Positions 28,102 to 38,305 of a DNA stretch of 56,705 bases are shown here, in pieces. The stretch lies in contig CAZVZC010000008.1 of NCBI GenBank assembly GCA_964631415.1, forward strand, positions 1-56,705, read 5' to 3'. Numbering within the stretch: the stretch's first letter is position 1; each line of letters begins with the position of its first letter. The stretch is from an uncultured archaeon. Its GTDB lineage: Archaea > Asgardarchaeota > Thorarchaeia > Thorarchaeales > Thorarchaeaceae. Below the pieces are notes generated by a model. It was not told the origin of the DNA. It worked only from the letters and a program-made list of their open reading frames with translations, and made no database searches. The position numbers and the translations under genes are program-made.

Positions 28102-29307
28102 ATGATTGCCACGAAAGAGTACACAGAGGGAACTACGACTTTCCTTAGCGCGGATATAGAGCACTATGCCGCTGGCAGCCACCAGCTGACATCAGACCTG
28201 CCGGTCTTCTACAATCCACGCATGCGTGTAAACAGGGATCTGTCCGTACTTTTCCTTTCGGCGTATCTTGAGAGAAGTCCCATACAGGCGATATGTGAGC
28301 CCCTTGCTGGATGTGGGGTCAGGACCCTGCGATACCTCAACGAGTGCCCTGGGGACTTCCATGCCACAGTATCGGACACAAACCCTCTGGCTCTGGATGT
28401 CGTGAGAAAAAACATAGAGAGGTACGGGTTCGAACATAGGACCACTATCAAGAGAGGCGACGCCAAGGTCTTGCTACTCACGGAATCGCGCGAGAAGAGG
28501 TTTGACTTCGTCGACATCGATCCGTTTGGATCTCCGGCTCCCTTCCTGACTGCTGCAGTTCAATCGCTGAACCCGAGGGGGGCAATGCTCGGTCTCACTG
28601 CAACTGATATGCCAGTGTTGTGCGGCGCACAACCCCGCGTCGCTCTCAGAAAGTACGGGGGGCTATCCATCAGAGCTCCGTTTTCACATGAACTTGCAGT
28701 CCGCCTTCTCATCGGACGTGCATACAACATAGCAGCGATGAACGACTGCGCAGTCTACCCGCTGGCCGCCCTTAGCACGGACCACTATATTCGCGTCTGG
28801 CTTGATGTCAGGACTAGCTGTACAGACTCCAACAATCAAGCCGAAAAGATGGGCTTTGTGGTCTATTGTCAAGGGTGTATGCGAACGGAAACTGTGCCGC
28901 TGGGTTCGACTCTGGCCCGATTACAGATTGAGCATGAGAGAAACGACTGCAACGGCAGAGTATCTGTGGCGGGTCCGCTCTGGACCGGTGAGATATACGA
29001 CGAATCGCTCCTTGAAACTGCCTATGGGCTGCTATCCAAGAAACCTGACAGTTACCATACACGCGTGCCCAAGCTGCTTGGCACCATGAGAGAAGAAACC
29101 GACCTGACCGACCACATATATGTGGACATACACGCGCTATGTGACCTGCATGGTCTGGAGTCGCCCCCCATGGCAGGTCTCATGGCCAAGCTCAGAGAAG
29201 CGGGCTACAAGGCGAGTAGAACGCACTTCAGGCCAACAGCCATTCGTACAACTGCTCCTGTCCGAGAGATCACGGCGATGGCGAGGGATCTGACAAGTTC
29301 GAAGTGA
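28102..29307 (+). CDS. trm1: tRNA (guanine26-N2)-dimethyltransferase
   Basis: VFYNPRMRVNRD, DIDPFGSP, GPLWTG, SRTHF. Confidence 0.95.
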   Translation: MIATKEYTEGTTTFLSADIEHYAAGSHQLTSDLPVFYNPRMRVNRDLSVLFLSAYLERSPIQAICEPLAGCGVRTLRYLNECPGDFHATVSDTNPLALDVVRKNIERYGFEHRTTIKRGDAKVLLLTESREKRFDFVDIDPFGSPAPFLTAAVQSLNPRGAMLGLTATDMPVLCGAQPRVALRKYGGLSIRAPFSHELAVRLLIGRAYNIAAMNDCAVYPLAALSTDHYIRVWLDVRTSCTDSNNQAEKMGFVVYCQGCMRTETVPLGSTLARLQIEHERNDCNGRVSVAGPLWTGEIYDESLLETAYGLLSKKPDSYHTRVPKLLGTMREETDLTDHIYVDIHALCDLHGLESPPMAGLMAKLREAGYKASRTHFRPTAIRTTAPVREITAMARDLTSSK

Positions 29308-29312
29308 TATCT

Positions 29313-29933
29313 ATGGGTAGACCAAGAGGAGATCGTAAGAATGAGCACTACTACAAGGCGGCCAAGAGGGAGGGATACCGCAGCAGGTCTGCCTACAAGC
29401 TCAAGCAGGTCATATCGGAGCACAAACTGCTCAATAAGGTCAAGAAGGTGCTGGAACTCTGTTGCTGCCCCGGGGGCTGGACACAGGTCTTACATGAGCT
29501 CAATGCAACCCTTGAGATAGTGGCAGTAGATCTCAACGCAATGCTGCCCATAGAAGGAGTTGCCTTCATCCAAGGGGACATCACAGTACCTGAAACTATT
29601 GAGAGTATTGAGAGAATCACAGGGGGGTCTGTGGATCTTGTTCTCTCGGATTGTTCTCCGAACGTCAGCGGCACCTGGGAACTTGATGTGGCTCGACAAC
29701 TCTTCTTGGCCGAAGCCACCATCGAGATTGCACTAAGGTTGCTCGGCGGAGGAGGGAAGGTGTTTGTCAAGGTGTTTCAGGGGAAGGGGTTTCAGGAGTT
29801 CGTACAATCGGTTCGGACCATGTTTCACTCAGTCAGGCTCGTCAAGCCTGAGGCGTCGAGAAAGACGAGTGCGGAGATCTATCTCTTGGCAGAGCACCCA
29901 ATCAAGAAGCCAGTTCGAAACAAAACCAATTAG
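29313..29933 (+). CDS. rlmE: 23S rRNA 2'-O-methyltransferase RlmE/FtsJ
   Basis: GYRSRSAYKL, PGGW, SDCSPNVSG, KPEASRKTSAE. Confidence 0.93.
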   Translation: MGRPRGDRKNEHYYKAAKREGYRSRSAYKLKQVISEHKLLNKVKKVLELCCCPGGWTQVLHELNATLEIVAVDLNAMLPIEGVAFIQGDITVPETIESIERITGGSVDLVLSDCSPNVSGTWELDVARQLFLAEATIEIALRLLGGGGKVFVKVFQGKGFQEFVQSVRTMFHSVRLVKPEASRKTSAEIYLLAEHPIKKPVRNKTN

Positions 29934-30274
29934 TCTGACTCGGAACTAACAACCCACTCTTCGATACTTCTGCACAGCACAGGTGAGTCTGGCTGTCTCA
30001 CACCGCACCGGTCTATCCTAAGACAATGAAAACAAGGACACCCATTCAAGTCCGAAAGATGGCCAGCCTCTTCGTCCAACTGGGCCTTCACGATGTATCT
30101 CGGGTTCTCGACGTCCTGCTCTTGCATCACTATTCCCTCTGCCAACATGCTTTCGATGGTCGACGTAATCACTTGATGGTCGATGTCTAACCTTTGCGCT
30201 AGTTCTTCAGCGAACAGACCTTCACGGCCTGCGTTTCGCAGGGCCTTGAGTACGAGGTCAGCTACGCTGTTCAT
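29930..30274 (-). CDS. TFEbeta / RNA polymerase III C34 (RPC6) homologue
   Basis: N-terminal wHTH; C-terminal CPCFHC-x5-C...SPVLC-x5-W Fe-S motif; adjacent to gar1-srp19. Confidence 0.8.
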   Translation of the reverse strand: MNSVADLVLKALRNAGREGLFAEELAQRLDIDHQVITSTIESMLAEGIVMQEQDVENPRYIVKAQLDEEAGHLSDLNGCPCFHCLRIDRCGVRQPDSPVLCRSIEEWVVSSESD

Positions 30275-30407
30275 TGGAATAACCCTTAGGCTGGACACAT
30301 GACAACAGAAAACTACATACACGGTCCCAAATTAAGTGTTCGGAATGCACAAGTTTCAGAACGACAGTCCATGTACTGTCTGGAGCGTCTATGTACCAAT
30401 GTGTACA

Positions 30408-30638
30408 TCATGTCTTGTAGAGGTATAATGGCTGGCCTATCAGTTTCGTAGTATCAACACCCTCCTTGACGCGCACTGAAACATAGGGAAGCTTCACTGG
30501 TCCAAAGACATCTGCAACAGTTCCCACGACATCAACATTCTTGTCAACAACCTCTGCACCGACAGGAGGAGTCTTGTCGGTTCTGAGTATGACATGTCCG
30601 CGCCGCGATATGTGAAGAACCTTGCCAAGTCGCCTCAA
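30408..30638 (-). CDS. gar1: H/ACA RNP protein Gar1
   Basis: LGKVLH, VGTVADVFGPVKLPY. Confidence 0.92.
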   Translation of the reverse strand: MRRLGKVLHISRRGHVILRTDKTPPVGAEVVDKNVDVVGTVADVFGPVKLPYVSVRVKEGVDTTKLIGQPLYLYKT

Positions 30639-30658
30639 ATTGCAGTCACAACCCCCGA

Positions 30659-31021
30659 TTACACAGCCTGTTTGCGTCGCTTCTTCTTTGTCTTCTTGAT
30701 CTCGGCTGCCTGTCGTTCAGACTCACGTTGAGCCGCAACCCTCCGGACGCCTTTAGCCAGCATCAGAAGCAGTCGTTTCTTCTTGTGTCCTTCGTGGTTG
30801 GTCAGAAGAATGTGGCCACTGTTTCCGGACCAGTTGCGGGGATAGCGCTTATCGGGTGCGGCCTCCGATTCAAAACCCGCAGCGTCTGCAGCCGCCTCCA
30901 GCATCTCGACTGTGACATCAGGCGCTGCTAGGTTAGCTGGAATTCTGCGTCCCTGAGCCCTTGTCAGATTTGCATCGAGATACGCGGGCCAGACTATGAC
31001 CATGTCTTTGCTTTTCTTCAT
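30659..31021 (-). CDS. srp19: Signal recognition particle protein SRP19
   Basis: VWPAYLDANLTRAQGRRIP, DKRYPR. Confidence 0.93.
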   Translation of the reverse strand: MKKSKDMVIVWPAYLDANLTRAQGRRIPANLAAPDVTVEMLEAAADAAGFESEAAPDKRYPRNWSGNSGHILLTNHEGHKKKRLLLMLAKGVRRVAAQRESERQAAEIKKTKKKRRKQAV

Positions 31022-31194
31022 GGCGTGTCCCTAGCATCGTCCACTAGCGGGAGGTCTTCCGACTAGAAGAGGGTGTTCTTTTTACCTTTATCATTCTATG
31101 GGACCGCAAATACACTGAAAGTTGAATTCAACAATGAGATTGATAAGTCATTGAGCCGGCAACGACACGGCTGACGACAAAGGAGAAAGGACTC

Positions 31195-31677
31195 TTGCCA
31201 CGAAAGAGCAAGGACGTATACTTCGCTGAAATCGCCGATCTTGTATCATCAAGAAGCACATGTCTGAGGAACCAAGTGGGCGCAGTGATTGTAAAAGAGT
31301 CGCAGATTCTCTCTACGGGGTACAATGGTGCACCTAAGGGACTGCCGCACTGTGATGAGGTTGGATGTATCAGAGAAAAGATGGCCGTGAAACCCGGAGA
31401 ACGTCACGAACTCTGCCGGGGTCTGCATGCAGAGATGAACGCAATCGTCCAGGCAGCATATCACGGTGTGAGTGTCAGGGATGGAATCTTGTACTGCACA
31501 ACTCGACCCTGCAGCATATGCACGAAGATGCTGATCAATGCAGGAATCGTCGAGATTGTCTACATTGAGGAGTATGAGGATGAGCTGGCAGCACAGCTCG
31601 CAAGAGAAGCAGGCCTGAACGTCAGACGTGTGGAAGTAGTCCGCAACTACGGCCGCAGCGCCGGCAAGCGTTCTTGA
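31195..31677 (+). CDS. dCMP deaminase
   Basis: RSTC..VGAVI, GYNG, HAE, PCSIC. Confidence 0.92.
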   Translation: MPRKSKDVYFAEIADLVSSRSTCLRNQVGAVIVKESQILSTGYNGAPKGLPHCDEVGCIREKMAVKPGERHELCRGLHAEMNAIVQAAYHGVSVRDGILYCTTRPCSICTKMLINAGIVEIVYIEEYEDELAAQLAREAGLNVRRVEVVRNYGRSAGKRS

Positions 31678-31758
31678 CCAGTTCGATTGGATACTGGCTG
31701 GAAACCTTAAAGAGTGACACGCATATGCCCTTTCTGAGATGCCAGAGGGTGACATATC

Positions 31759-32673
31759 ATGGGGCGACTTCACAACCTGATTAGTATACTGGACCTCACA
31801 CGGCAAGACATCGATCTCATACTCGAGTACTCAGCGAGGATGGAGCAGGTCGCGATAAAGAAGAGCAAGGACTTGGAGGGGAAAATAATGGCCTGCCTGT
31901 TCTTCGAACCCTCTACCAGAACACGACTCTCATTCGAGAGTGCAATGATCAGACTCGGTGGAAGTGTCCTCGGCTTCGCGGATGTGGCCGTTTCAAGTGC
32001 AGGAGGAAAGGGAGAAACCCTTGCAGACACCATTCGTACAGTCGAGTGCTATGCTGATGTCATAGTCATTCGTCACAATCTTGACGGGTCAGCGAGAGTG
32101 GCTGCAGAGTTCTCAAACATACCAGTCATAAATGCAGGCAGTGGATCGGAAGAACATCCTACCCAAGCACTGCTTGACTTATACTCGATAAAGAAGCTCA
32201 AGGGAAAGATAGACGGGATTTCGATCTCTCTCTGCGGTGATCTCAAGTACGGTCGTACAGTCCATTCACTCGGCATGGCACTTTCACACTACGATGTCAC
32301 CGTCAAGCTTGTGGCTCCGCCTCCGCTGAGGATGAAGCCCGCAGTAATAGAAGAGATGAAGGAGGCAGGCCTTCGGGTCACAGAAGTCGACACCTTGGAA
32401 GAGGGTCTGAAGGACGTGGATGTCGTCTACATGACCCGTATCCAGAAGGAGAGGTTCCCAGACACCAGAGAGTATGATGCCCTAAAGGGCAAGTTTCGAC
32501 TTGGTCTAAGGGAAGTGGCCTTGATGCGTGATGATGCAATCATCCTCCATCCTCTGCCCAGAGTTGACGAGATAGACACGGAAGTCGACTCGACACCCCA
32601 GGCCAAGTACTTCGAACAGGTGCACAGCGGTGTGGTGACGAGAATGGCAATACTGAAACTCATCCTCGGCTAG
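31759..32673 (+). CDS. pyrB: Aspartate carbamoyltransferase catalytic subunit
   Basis: FFEPSTRTRLSF, HPTQALLD, HPLPR. Confidence 0.97.
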   Translation: MGRLHNLISILDLTRQDIDLILEYSARMEQVAIKKSKDLEGKIMACLFFEPSTRTRLSFESAMIRLGGSVLGFADVAVSSAGGKGETLADTIRTVECYADVIVIRHNLDGSARVAAEFSNIPVINAGSGSEEHPTQALLDLYSIKKLKGKIDGISISLCGDLKYGRTVHSLGMALSHYDVTVKLVAPPPLRMKPAVIEEMKEAGLRVTEVDTLEEGLKDVDVVYMTRIQKERFPDTREYDALKGKFRLGLREVALMRDDAIILHPLPRVDEIDTEVDSTPQAKYFEQVHSGVVTRMAILKLILG

Positions 32674-33395
32674 TCGGGCTTCACAGTCTGAAGTTCCTTG
32701 ATCAGTGTATCAACAGAACTGATCTTGCTCACACCTAGAGGGATCTTCATCTGCTCTGAGAGCTCTATGGCCAGACGATCAACCTCGGTGACACCGTGGA
32801 AGACAACCAAGACGGGCTTGAACTCTTGCGACTTTATGGCAATCATCGGTGCACGTCCAGTAGATACCTTCGTGAATATAAGACAGCGTTCGGTCGTGGC
32901 TCCGAACAGCTTCAGGAAAGCATCACTGCTCAGCTCCCTGACAGCCCGCTCCACATCCACGAGCGTGTAGCCATAGATCTGTTTGTTCAGTAGGCTCTTT
33001 CCTGAGAGGATTTCGCATTTCAGCCGCTTGCAGAACTCTCCACAAGTCATAGGAGAGGAGAAGTCACTCATTGCCAACACGATGTTCAGGTCAACAAGGC
33101 TGACATCCATTAGTCTGGCAAAGGCGGCAATCACCTGCCCACCATTGTGCTCATCAAGTGTGAGCAATGCCATGACGAGGCGTCTTATTGTGGACGTGCC
33201 CGGAGACTTCCGGCGACCTGACTCGTAGTCGCTGATCACACTGGGACTGATACCTAGGAACTCGGCCAAGACAATCTGTGGCAATCTGAAACGCTCTCGC
33301 CAGATGCGCATTGCCTGTCCGGGGTGCTCTGACAGAGCAATCTCGCCCGCCATCCGGCGCGCAAGCTGCTCCCGGATTGACACCTGAGCCGTCAT
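32670..33395 (-). CDS. Archaeal XRE-HTH transcriptional regulator (COG1709-like)
   Basis: MAGEIALSEHPG, SPSVISDYESGRRKSPG, FTKVSTGRAPMIAI. Confidence 0.88.
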   Translation of the reverse strand: MTAQVSIREQLARRMAGEIALSEHPGQAMRIWRERFRLPQIVLAEFLGISPSVISDYESGRRKSPGTSTIRRLVMALLTLDEHNGGQVIAAFARLMDVSLVDLNIVLAMSDFSSPMTCGEFCKRLKCEILSGKSLLNKQIYGYTLVDVERAVRELSSDAFLKLFGATTERCLIFTKVSTGRAPMIAIKSQEFKPVLVVFHGVTEVDRLAIELSEQMKIPLGVSKISSVDTLIKELQTVKPD

Positions 33396-33493
33396 TCCGA
33401 AATAAGAAATGCGACGATTCAGAGATAAGTATTTCGACTATTGCCGAACTACACAGAGGAAAAACCCGAGTAGTACTGCACGATGTGACGAAC

Positions 33494-33601
33494 TGGTGGG
33501 CCGGGCCGGATTTGAACCGGCGACCTCTTGGAGCTCAGCGAGCCAAGGACACCTCGGTTCGTCCCAAACCAAGAATCATAGCCAAGCTAGACAACCGACC
33601 C
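33494..33601 (-). tRNA. tRNA-Pro(TGG) with 30-nt intron at 37/38 (33533-33562)
   Basis: GGGTCGG/CCGGCCC acceptor; CTTGG-TTTGGG[intron]T-CCAAG; ACCA. Confidence 0.92.
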
Positions 33602-33746
33602 ATTCATCGGGTTCACAGATTGCAGCAGATATAAGACTAACGGGCTCTGTGACCCGGGAATCTGTGTCGCAGGGAGATGATAAATGCCAAGACAGTTCTC
33701 ATTCATGCCGACTGCTCTTGCCCACTATGTGAGAGAATGGAAACTG

Positions 33747-36131
33747 TCACAGGAGCAGAGTAATTCCATGGGAGTTTCCGTCATCTTTGAATTTCATGTG
33801 AAGCGTCTTGTGAGCCGGGTCATAGAATGATGAAGGAGAGCGCTTCTCGAGTCCAGCAACCGTCTTCTCCCGCAACACTCGCTTTCCGTCAGCTTCGACC
33901 GACTTGGGTCTTGTCAACCCTCTGATTTCAAGGACGAGTGATCGTTCAGCCGGCTTCCAGCGACCCTTTCTCTTGTCGATTGTCACTACCACTCTATCGT
34001 CCGTTGAATCTTGGGCGACGGTGGTTTCGCAACTCTGCTCATTGTCCGAAATACCATCATCCTCGAAGACCACAGTGGTGCTTGTACCACCCGGGTAGAT
34101 CCAGAGGACCAAGTCCCCTTGATCTTCATCTGTGTTCTGGACAATACGCCCGGTTGGAATGATGGAACCTTCACGGAGGTAGACAGGTATTCTGGTGAAC
34201 GGTGCGTCTACCCGAAGACTCTGTGGTCCCTCAATACTCGTGCCTGTCCACAAGTCATACCATCTCCCTCGCGGGAAGTATACCTCGCGTGAATTCGCAC
34301 CCTCCTCGAGGACCGGAGCCACCATCACGAAAGGCCCAATCATGAACTGTGTGTCAAGGGCATATGTGACAGGATCATCTTGAAAATCCAAGACCAAGGG
34401 ACGCATGATTGGAGTGCCGCTTGTGCTAGCAGTCTTAGCAAGAGAGTAGAAGTATCGCATGAGGCGATATCTGAGAGACATGGAGTCACGCGCCACGCTC
34501 TCCACTTCCTCACCGAAGAGCCAAGGCTCCTGCCTTATGGTCCTCATGTCGGAGTGGTTCCTAGAGAATGGATAGAATGCTCCCAGCTGGTACCAGCGTG
34601 CAAGCAGCTCAGGTGTCGTGTCACCTCCAAAACCACCGATGTCAGCACCGCAGAACGGCACTCCCGACAGACCAAGATTGAGAAGCATTGGAATGGAGAA
34701 CCATAACATCTCCCATGTGGAGTGGTTATCACCAGTCCACATTGCTGCATAGCGCTGGTATCCAGCGAAACCTGATCGTGTCAGAATGAAGGGCCTCTTG
34801 CTAGGGAATGCACCCTTCAGGCCCTCGAAGACAGCTTGAGCCATGCCGAGTGCATAGGCATTTCGCAGTCTTGCCTCCCACGGGTTTCCTTGGCTGTCCA
34901 CCACATCGACCATCGAGTACTCCGCTTTCAGCCCATCGTAGATGCAGTTGCTTGGCTCATTCATATCGATCCAACTGCTGTTGCTTGTGCCAGAATCCGC
35001 AAGCATCTTGTACTTCGACCCAAACCACGCTCTTACCTCGGGTCGTGAAAAATCGGGGAAGACCGTTTCGCCAGGCCATACTAGGCCCACATACAGAGAC
35101 CCGCTCTCTTTCTTCAGGAAATAGCCTGCTCGTACGCCCTCGTCGTACATGAAGTACCCCTCGTCAAGTTTCACGCCCGGATCGATTATGGTCATCACTT
35201 TGAACCCCATTCGGGCCAAGCTGTCTGTGAATGCCTTTGGGTCGGAAAACACTCTGCGGTCCCAAGTGAACACTCGGTACTCGTTCATGTAGCAGATGTC
35301 GAGCACCATGGTGTCACAAGGAATCCTGCGACTGCGCAGGTTCCGGGCTATGCTGAGGACGTCCTCTTCACTCTTGTATTCCATGAAACGTGACTGTTGA
35401 TGCCCAAGCGCCCAGCGAGGCACGAAACAGGGTTTCCCCGTCAATGAGGTATATGCTTCAACGACGTCACTGATCTTTGGCCCCAGAAACATGTAGTAGT
35501 CAAGAGAACCGTCTGGTGCGGCGAAAGAGTAGTAGCTCGGATCCTTTAGACCGAAATCGAGCTCAGTCCGATATGTGTTGTCCAAGAAGACGCCGTGAGC
35601 AACACCATCACGCAAGACTATGAAGAAGGGAATGCTCTGATAGAGCGGGTCTGTCTTTGAGTCGTGATCACCGTTGTCAGTATTCCACATTTCGTAGTGT
35701 AGGCCCCTCTTGTCTAGACCGTGAGCCTTCTCACCTGTGCCGTAGAAATGTTCACTCCCCAGCATGCGTTTTCTGCATTCGAACCCATGCTCGCTCCAGA
35801 CAACACCACCCGATGGTAAGTCCTCTTGAATGACACTTTGAGATGCGTCCAACAGCCGCAGGGCAAACTGATCGAGCATCACTTCCAGTCTGAAGTGCTT
35901 CCCGGAGATGGCCTTACAGTCTTTGCAGTCTTCTTCTTTGACCGTGACTGGCTCGGAGTAGCCGACCGTGGCGAACGATTCGTAGCGGCGGTACTCTTTA
36001 TCCCGTGTTACTTGGACACGGATGACTCTGGGACCCAGTATCGTTATCCTTGACTTGCCACCGGTGCAATGGAATTCGAAGATGTTGGCGCGACGCTTCA
36101 CCTGAAGGACCTTGCCTATGCTCTCTGTCAC
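33747..36131 (-). CDS. GH31 alpha-glucosidase
   Basis: WIDMNEPS nucleophile motif, WTGDN, GADIGGF, PFSRNH. Confidence 0.95.
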   Translation of the reverse strand: MTESIGKVLQVKRRANIFEFHCTGGKSRITILGPRVIRVQVTRDKEYRRYESFATVGYSEPVTVKEEDCKDCKAISGKHFRLEVMLDQFALRLLDASQSVIQEDLPSGGVVWSEHGFECRKRMLGSEHFYGTGEKAHGLDKRGLHYEMWNTDNGDHDSKTDPLYQSIPFFIVLRDGVAHGVFLDNTYRTELDFGLKDPSYYSFAAPDGSLDYYMFLGPKISDVVEAYTSLTGKPCFVPRWALGHQQSRFMEYKSEEDVLSIARNLRSRRIPCDTMVLDICYMNEYRVFTWDRRVFSDPKAFTDSLARMGFKVMTIIDPGVKLDEGYFMYDEGVRAGYFLKKESGSLYVGLVWPGETVFPDFSRPEVRAWFGSKYKMLADSGTSNSSWIDMNEPSNCIYDGLKAEYSMVDVVDSQGNPWEARLRNAYALGMAQAVFEGLKGAFPSKRPFILTRSGFAGYQRYAAMWTGDNHSTWEMLWFSIPMLLNLGLSGVPFCGADIGGFGGDTTPELLARWYQLGAFYPFSRNHSDMRTIRQEPWLFGEEVESVARDSMSLRYRLMRYFYSLAKTASTSGTPIMRPLVLDFQDDPVTYALDTQFMIGPFVMVAPVLEEGANSREVYFPRGRWYDLWTGTSIEGPQSLRVDAPFTRIPVYLREGSIIPTGRIVQNTDEDQGDLVLWIYPGGTSTTVVFEDDGISDNEQSCETTVAQDSTDDRVVVTIDKRKGRWKPAERSLVLEIRGLTRPKSVEADGKRVLREKTVAGLEKRSPSSFYDPAHKTLHMKFKDDGNSHGITLLL

Positions 36132-36311
36132 CTCTGACTACTCCGCGTACCGGCACATGACCAGTCCCTTTTGTCAGTTGTGAAGTGATTCTGATTTTGT
36201 TCCAACGGCTTGGTATGATCTGGATATGGCGGAGCTCAGCTCCCCCCAAGAAACCACTCAAAGGCAAGGTGAAGGAAAAGCCATAACCTCCCGACGAGTA
36301 TGTTACATTGA

Positions 36312-36563
36312 TTGAAAATGAGTCTTCTCGGGCCTGACGATTTCGGACTGGACCGCAAGGGCCGGACCAAGAAACTGGCGAAAGATCTATCGCCATCGCT
36401 CCAGAGAGAAATCGAGAAGTGGTTGGACAAGGCGGAAGAACCTGATGCATTGGAGAAGCTCAGCGAGATTGTGGGACCGGAAGAGGCTAGGCGGCTCATG
36501 TCCCGGCGCCTGACGAGCAAGAAGAAGGAAACGGAGAACGAAGACAGACTGTCAGAAGACTAG
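36312..36563 (+). CDS. Small charged hypothetical protein
   Basis: Helical, Lys/Glu-rich 83-aa ORF occupying the intergenic space. Confidence 0.6.
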   Translation: MKMSLLGPDDFGLDRKGRTKKLAKDLSPSLQREIEKWLDKAEEPDALEKLSEIVGPEEARRLMSRRLTSKKKETENEDRLSED

Positions 36564-36643
36564 ACTGGAGATTGTGCAGTCCGTATAGCCTTCACGAAGC
36601 GTCGTATCCTCATTCATCAGAGATGAAACTGGACGAGAAAGGA

Positions 36644-36753
36644 TGGAGCCCCAGGCGAGATTCGAACTCGCGACTTCCTCCTGCTTGCGAGGCCAGACTA
36701 AGTGTCAGGCCGTCATACCAAGGAGGCGATCTAACCAGCTGAGCTACTGGGGC
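36644..36753 (-). tRNA. tRNA-Thr(GGT) with 33-nt intron at 37/38
   Basis: GCCCCAG/CTGGGGC acceptor; CCTCC-TTGGTA[intron]A-GGAGG; TCCA end. Confidence 0.92.
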
Positions 36754-36961
36754 TTTTGTTGGAAAGGCCTAGGGTCCGTCAAAATCGCCGTTCCGCGCTC
36801 TCGGCCCTGCTGCGAGAGATAAATCTTTCGACAACAATGATGGATGATAAACCTCTATACGCAGACTCATGAAGCCGCATGTCGTTCCATTTGACCCAAT
36901 ATGATGGTGGTGTGGACCTGTGAAGGATATCCACAAGCTCTTGCTCTGAGGAGGCACCCAA

Positions 36962-37918
36962 GTGAAAGTGAGCGTGAACAAACAGGCCTTGGAGATTGTC
37001 CTTGAAATCATGGATAGGAAGGATGAACTGAATTGTGCAGTGACAGAGCAGCACAATGGAGCTATTCTCGTCGATGCCGGGATAACAGTGCCCGGTGGAG
37101 CCGAAGCGGGTCGACTGGTCGGAGAGGCCTGCATGGGGGGATTAGGAGCAGTCAGACTGACTAGTGTACACATCGGAGACCTGACTCTGCCCGCAGTCAT
37201 TGTTGGGACGGAGCAGCCCAAGATTGCCACATTGGGATCACAGTATGCGGGTTGGCCCATAAAAGCCGAAGGCTACTTCGCCATGGGTTCAGGTCCGGCA
37301 CGGGCTCTAGCAGTGGTCGAAACCAAGCTCTACTCCGAGTTGGACTACAGAGATGACTGCGACTTTGGGGTGATTTGCCTCGAAACTAGAAACCCTCCGC
37401 CAGAAACAGTCACCCAGTTCATAGCGGACTCGTGTCATATTTCCCCGTCGAACCTCTACTGTCTGATGTCGCCGACTGCTAGCGCAGCCGGTTCTGTACA
37501 GATATCTGCTCGGGTTGTGGAGGCCGGCATGCATAAGCTGCATATGCTAGGATTCGATCCCGGGAAGGTCAGAACCGGGTATGGGACTGCACCAATCGCA
37601 CCTGTAGCAAAGGATGACAGGAGGGCAATGGGAGTCACCAATGACTGCATCCTGTATGGCGGTCGGACACACTTCTTCGTGAGCTGTGAAGAGTCTGATG
37701 ATTTGGGCGCCCTCACTGAAAGAAGCCCGTCATCAGCCTCCCCTCAGTATGGTCGGCCCTTCTATGACCTGTTCAAGTCTGTGGGGTTCGACTTTTACAA
37801 GGTCGACCCAAACCTGTTCAGCCCCGCTGAAATCACCATCAATGATGTCACGAACGGGAGGACGTTCAGCGCAGGCAGGCTAAATCCAGATGCATTGAAA
37901 CAGTCACTCGGCATGTGA
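36962..37918 (+). CDS. mch: Methenyl-H4MPT cyclohydrolase
   Basis: SVNKQA, CMGGLG, LGSQYAGW, AMGSGPARALA, QISARVVE, NDCILYGG, LFSPA. Confidence 0.95.
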   Translation: MKVSVNKQALEIVLEIMDRKDELNCAVTEQHNGAILVDAGITVPGGAEAGRLVGEACMGGLGAVRLTSVHIGDLTLPAVIVGTEQPKIATLGSQYAGWPIKAEGYFAMGSGPARALAVVETKLYSELDYRDDCDFGVICLETRNPPPETVTQFIADSCHISPSNLYCLMSPTASAAGSVQISARVVEAGMHKLHMLGFDPGKVRTGYGTAPIAPVAKDDRRAMGVTNDCILYGGRTHFFVSCEESDDLGALTERSPSSASPQYGRPFYDLFKSVGFDFYKVDPNLFSPAEITINDVTNGRTFSAGRLNPDALKQSLGM

Positions 37919-38020
37919 CGACAAAGCCAGCCGTCCAAAGGGACAAGTGTAAGTCTGCAGGCTGGATGCGACTGCTTGGATTGGTTTATCACTGTGAGCG
38001 ACTCCTTGACAGCGAACGTC

Positions 38021-38305
38021 ATGAGAATCACAGTCCGGTTCAGAGGGCCCATAACAACCAGAGTGGGCAAGGCTGAGATTGAGATGGAGGTTGACAGGGA
38101 AACCAGTCTTCGCGCCCTCTTGGAAACTCTCATCGTTAGAGAGAGTAACATCGGAGCGACATGGGCAAGTCCTGAGCAGATCTGCCAAAATACGCTGATG
38201 TTGTGCGACGGGGTGGACGTCGAGCTGACTGGTGGTCTTGATACCAAGCTCAAGAACGGGAACAGTGTAGTGATTCTCCCACTCGTACATGGGGGTCAAA
38301 CTTGA
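38021..38305 (+). CDS. MoaD/ThiS/Urm1-SAMP ubiquitin-like protein ending HGG-QT
   Basis: Beta-grasp pattern MRITVRF...LDTKLKNGNSVVILPLVHGG. Confidence 0.85.
   Translation: MRITVRFRGPITTRVGKAEIEMEVDRETSLRALLETLIVRESNIGATWASPEQICQNTLMLCDGVDVELTGGLDTKLKNGNSVVILPLVHGGQT

Noticed and set aside
31195-31677. Deaminase as the tRNA C33 editor
   Set aside because: Motifs and the pyrB context fit an ordinary dCMP deaminase; there is no THUMP or other RNA-binding domain
31759-32673. pyrB without an adjacent pyrI
   Set aside because: pyrI may be encoded elsewhere; this cannot be judged from the window
36132-36311. Short ORFs upstream of the 83-aa gene
   Set aside because: No clear RBS, paralogy or motif support
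36725-36745. C11-U24 mismatch in the tRNA-Thr D-stem
   Set aside because: A single mismatch in an otherwise canonical tRNA; insufficient to call a pseudogene or editing
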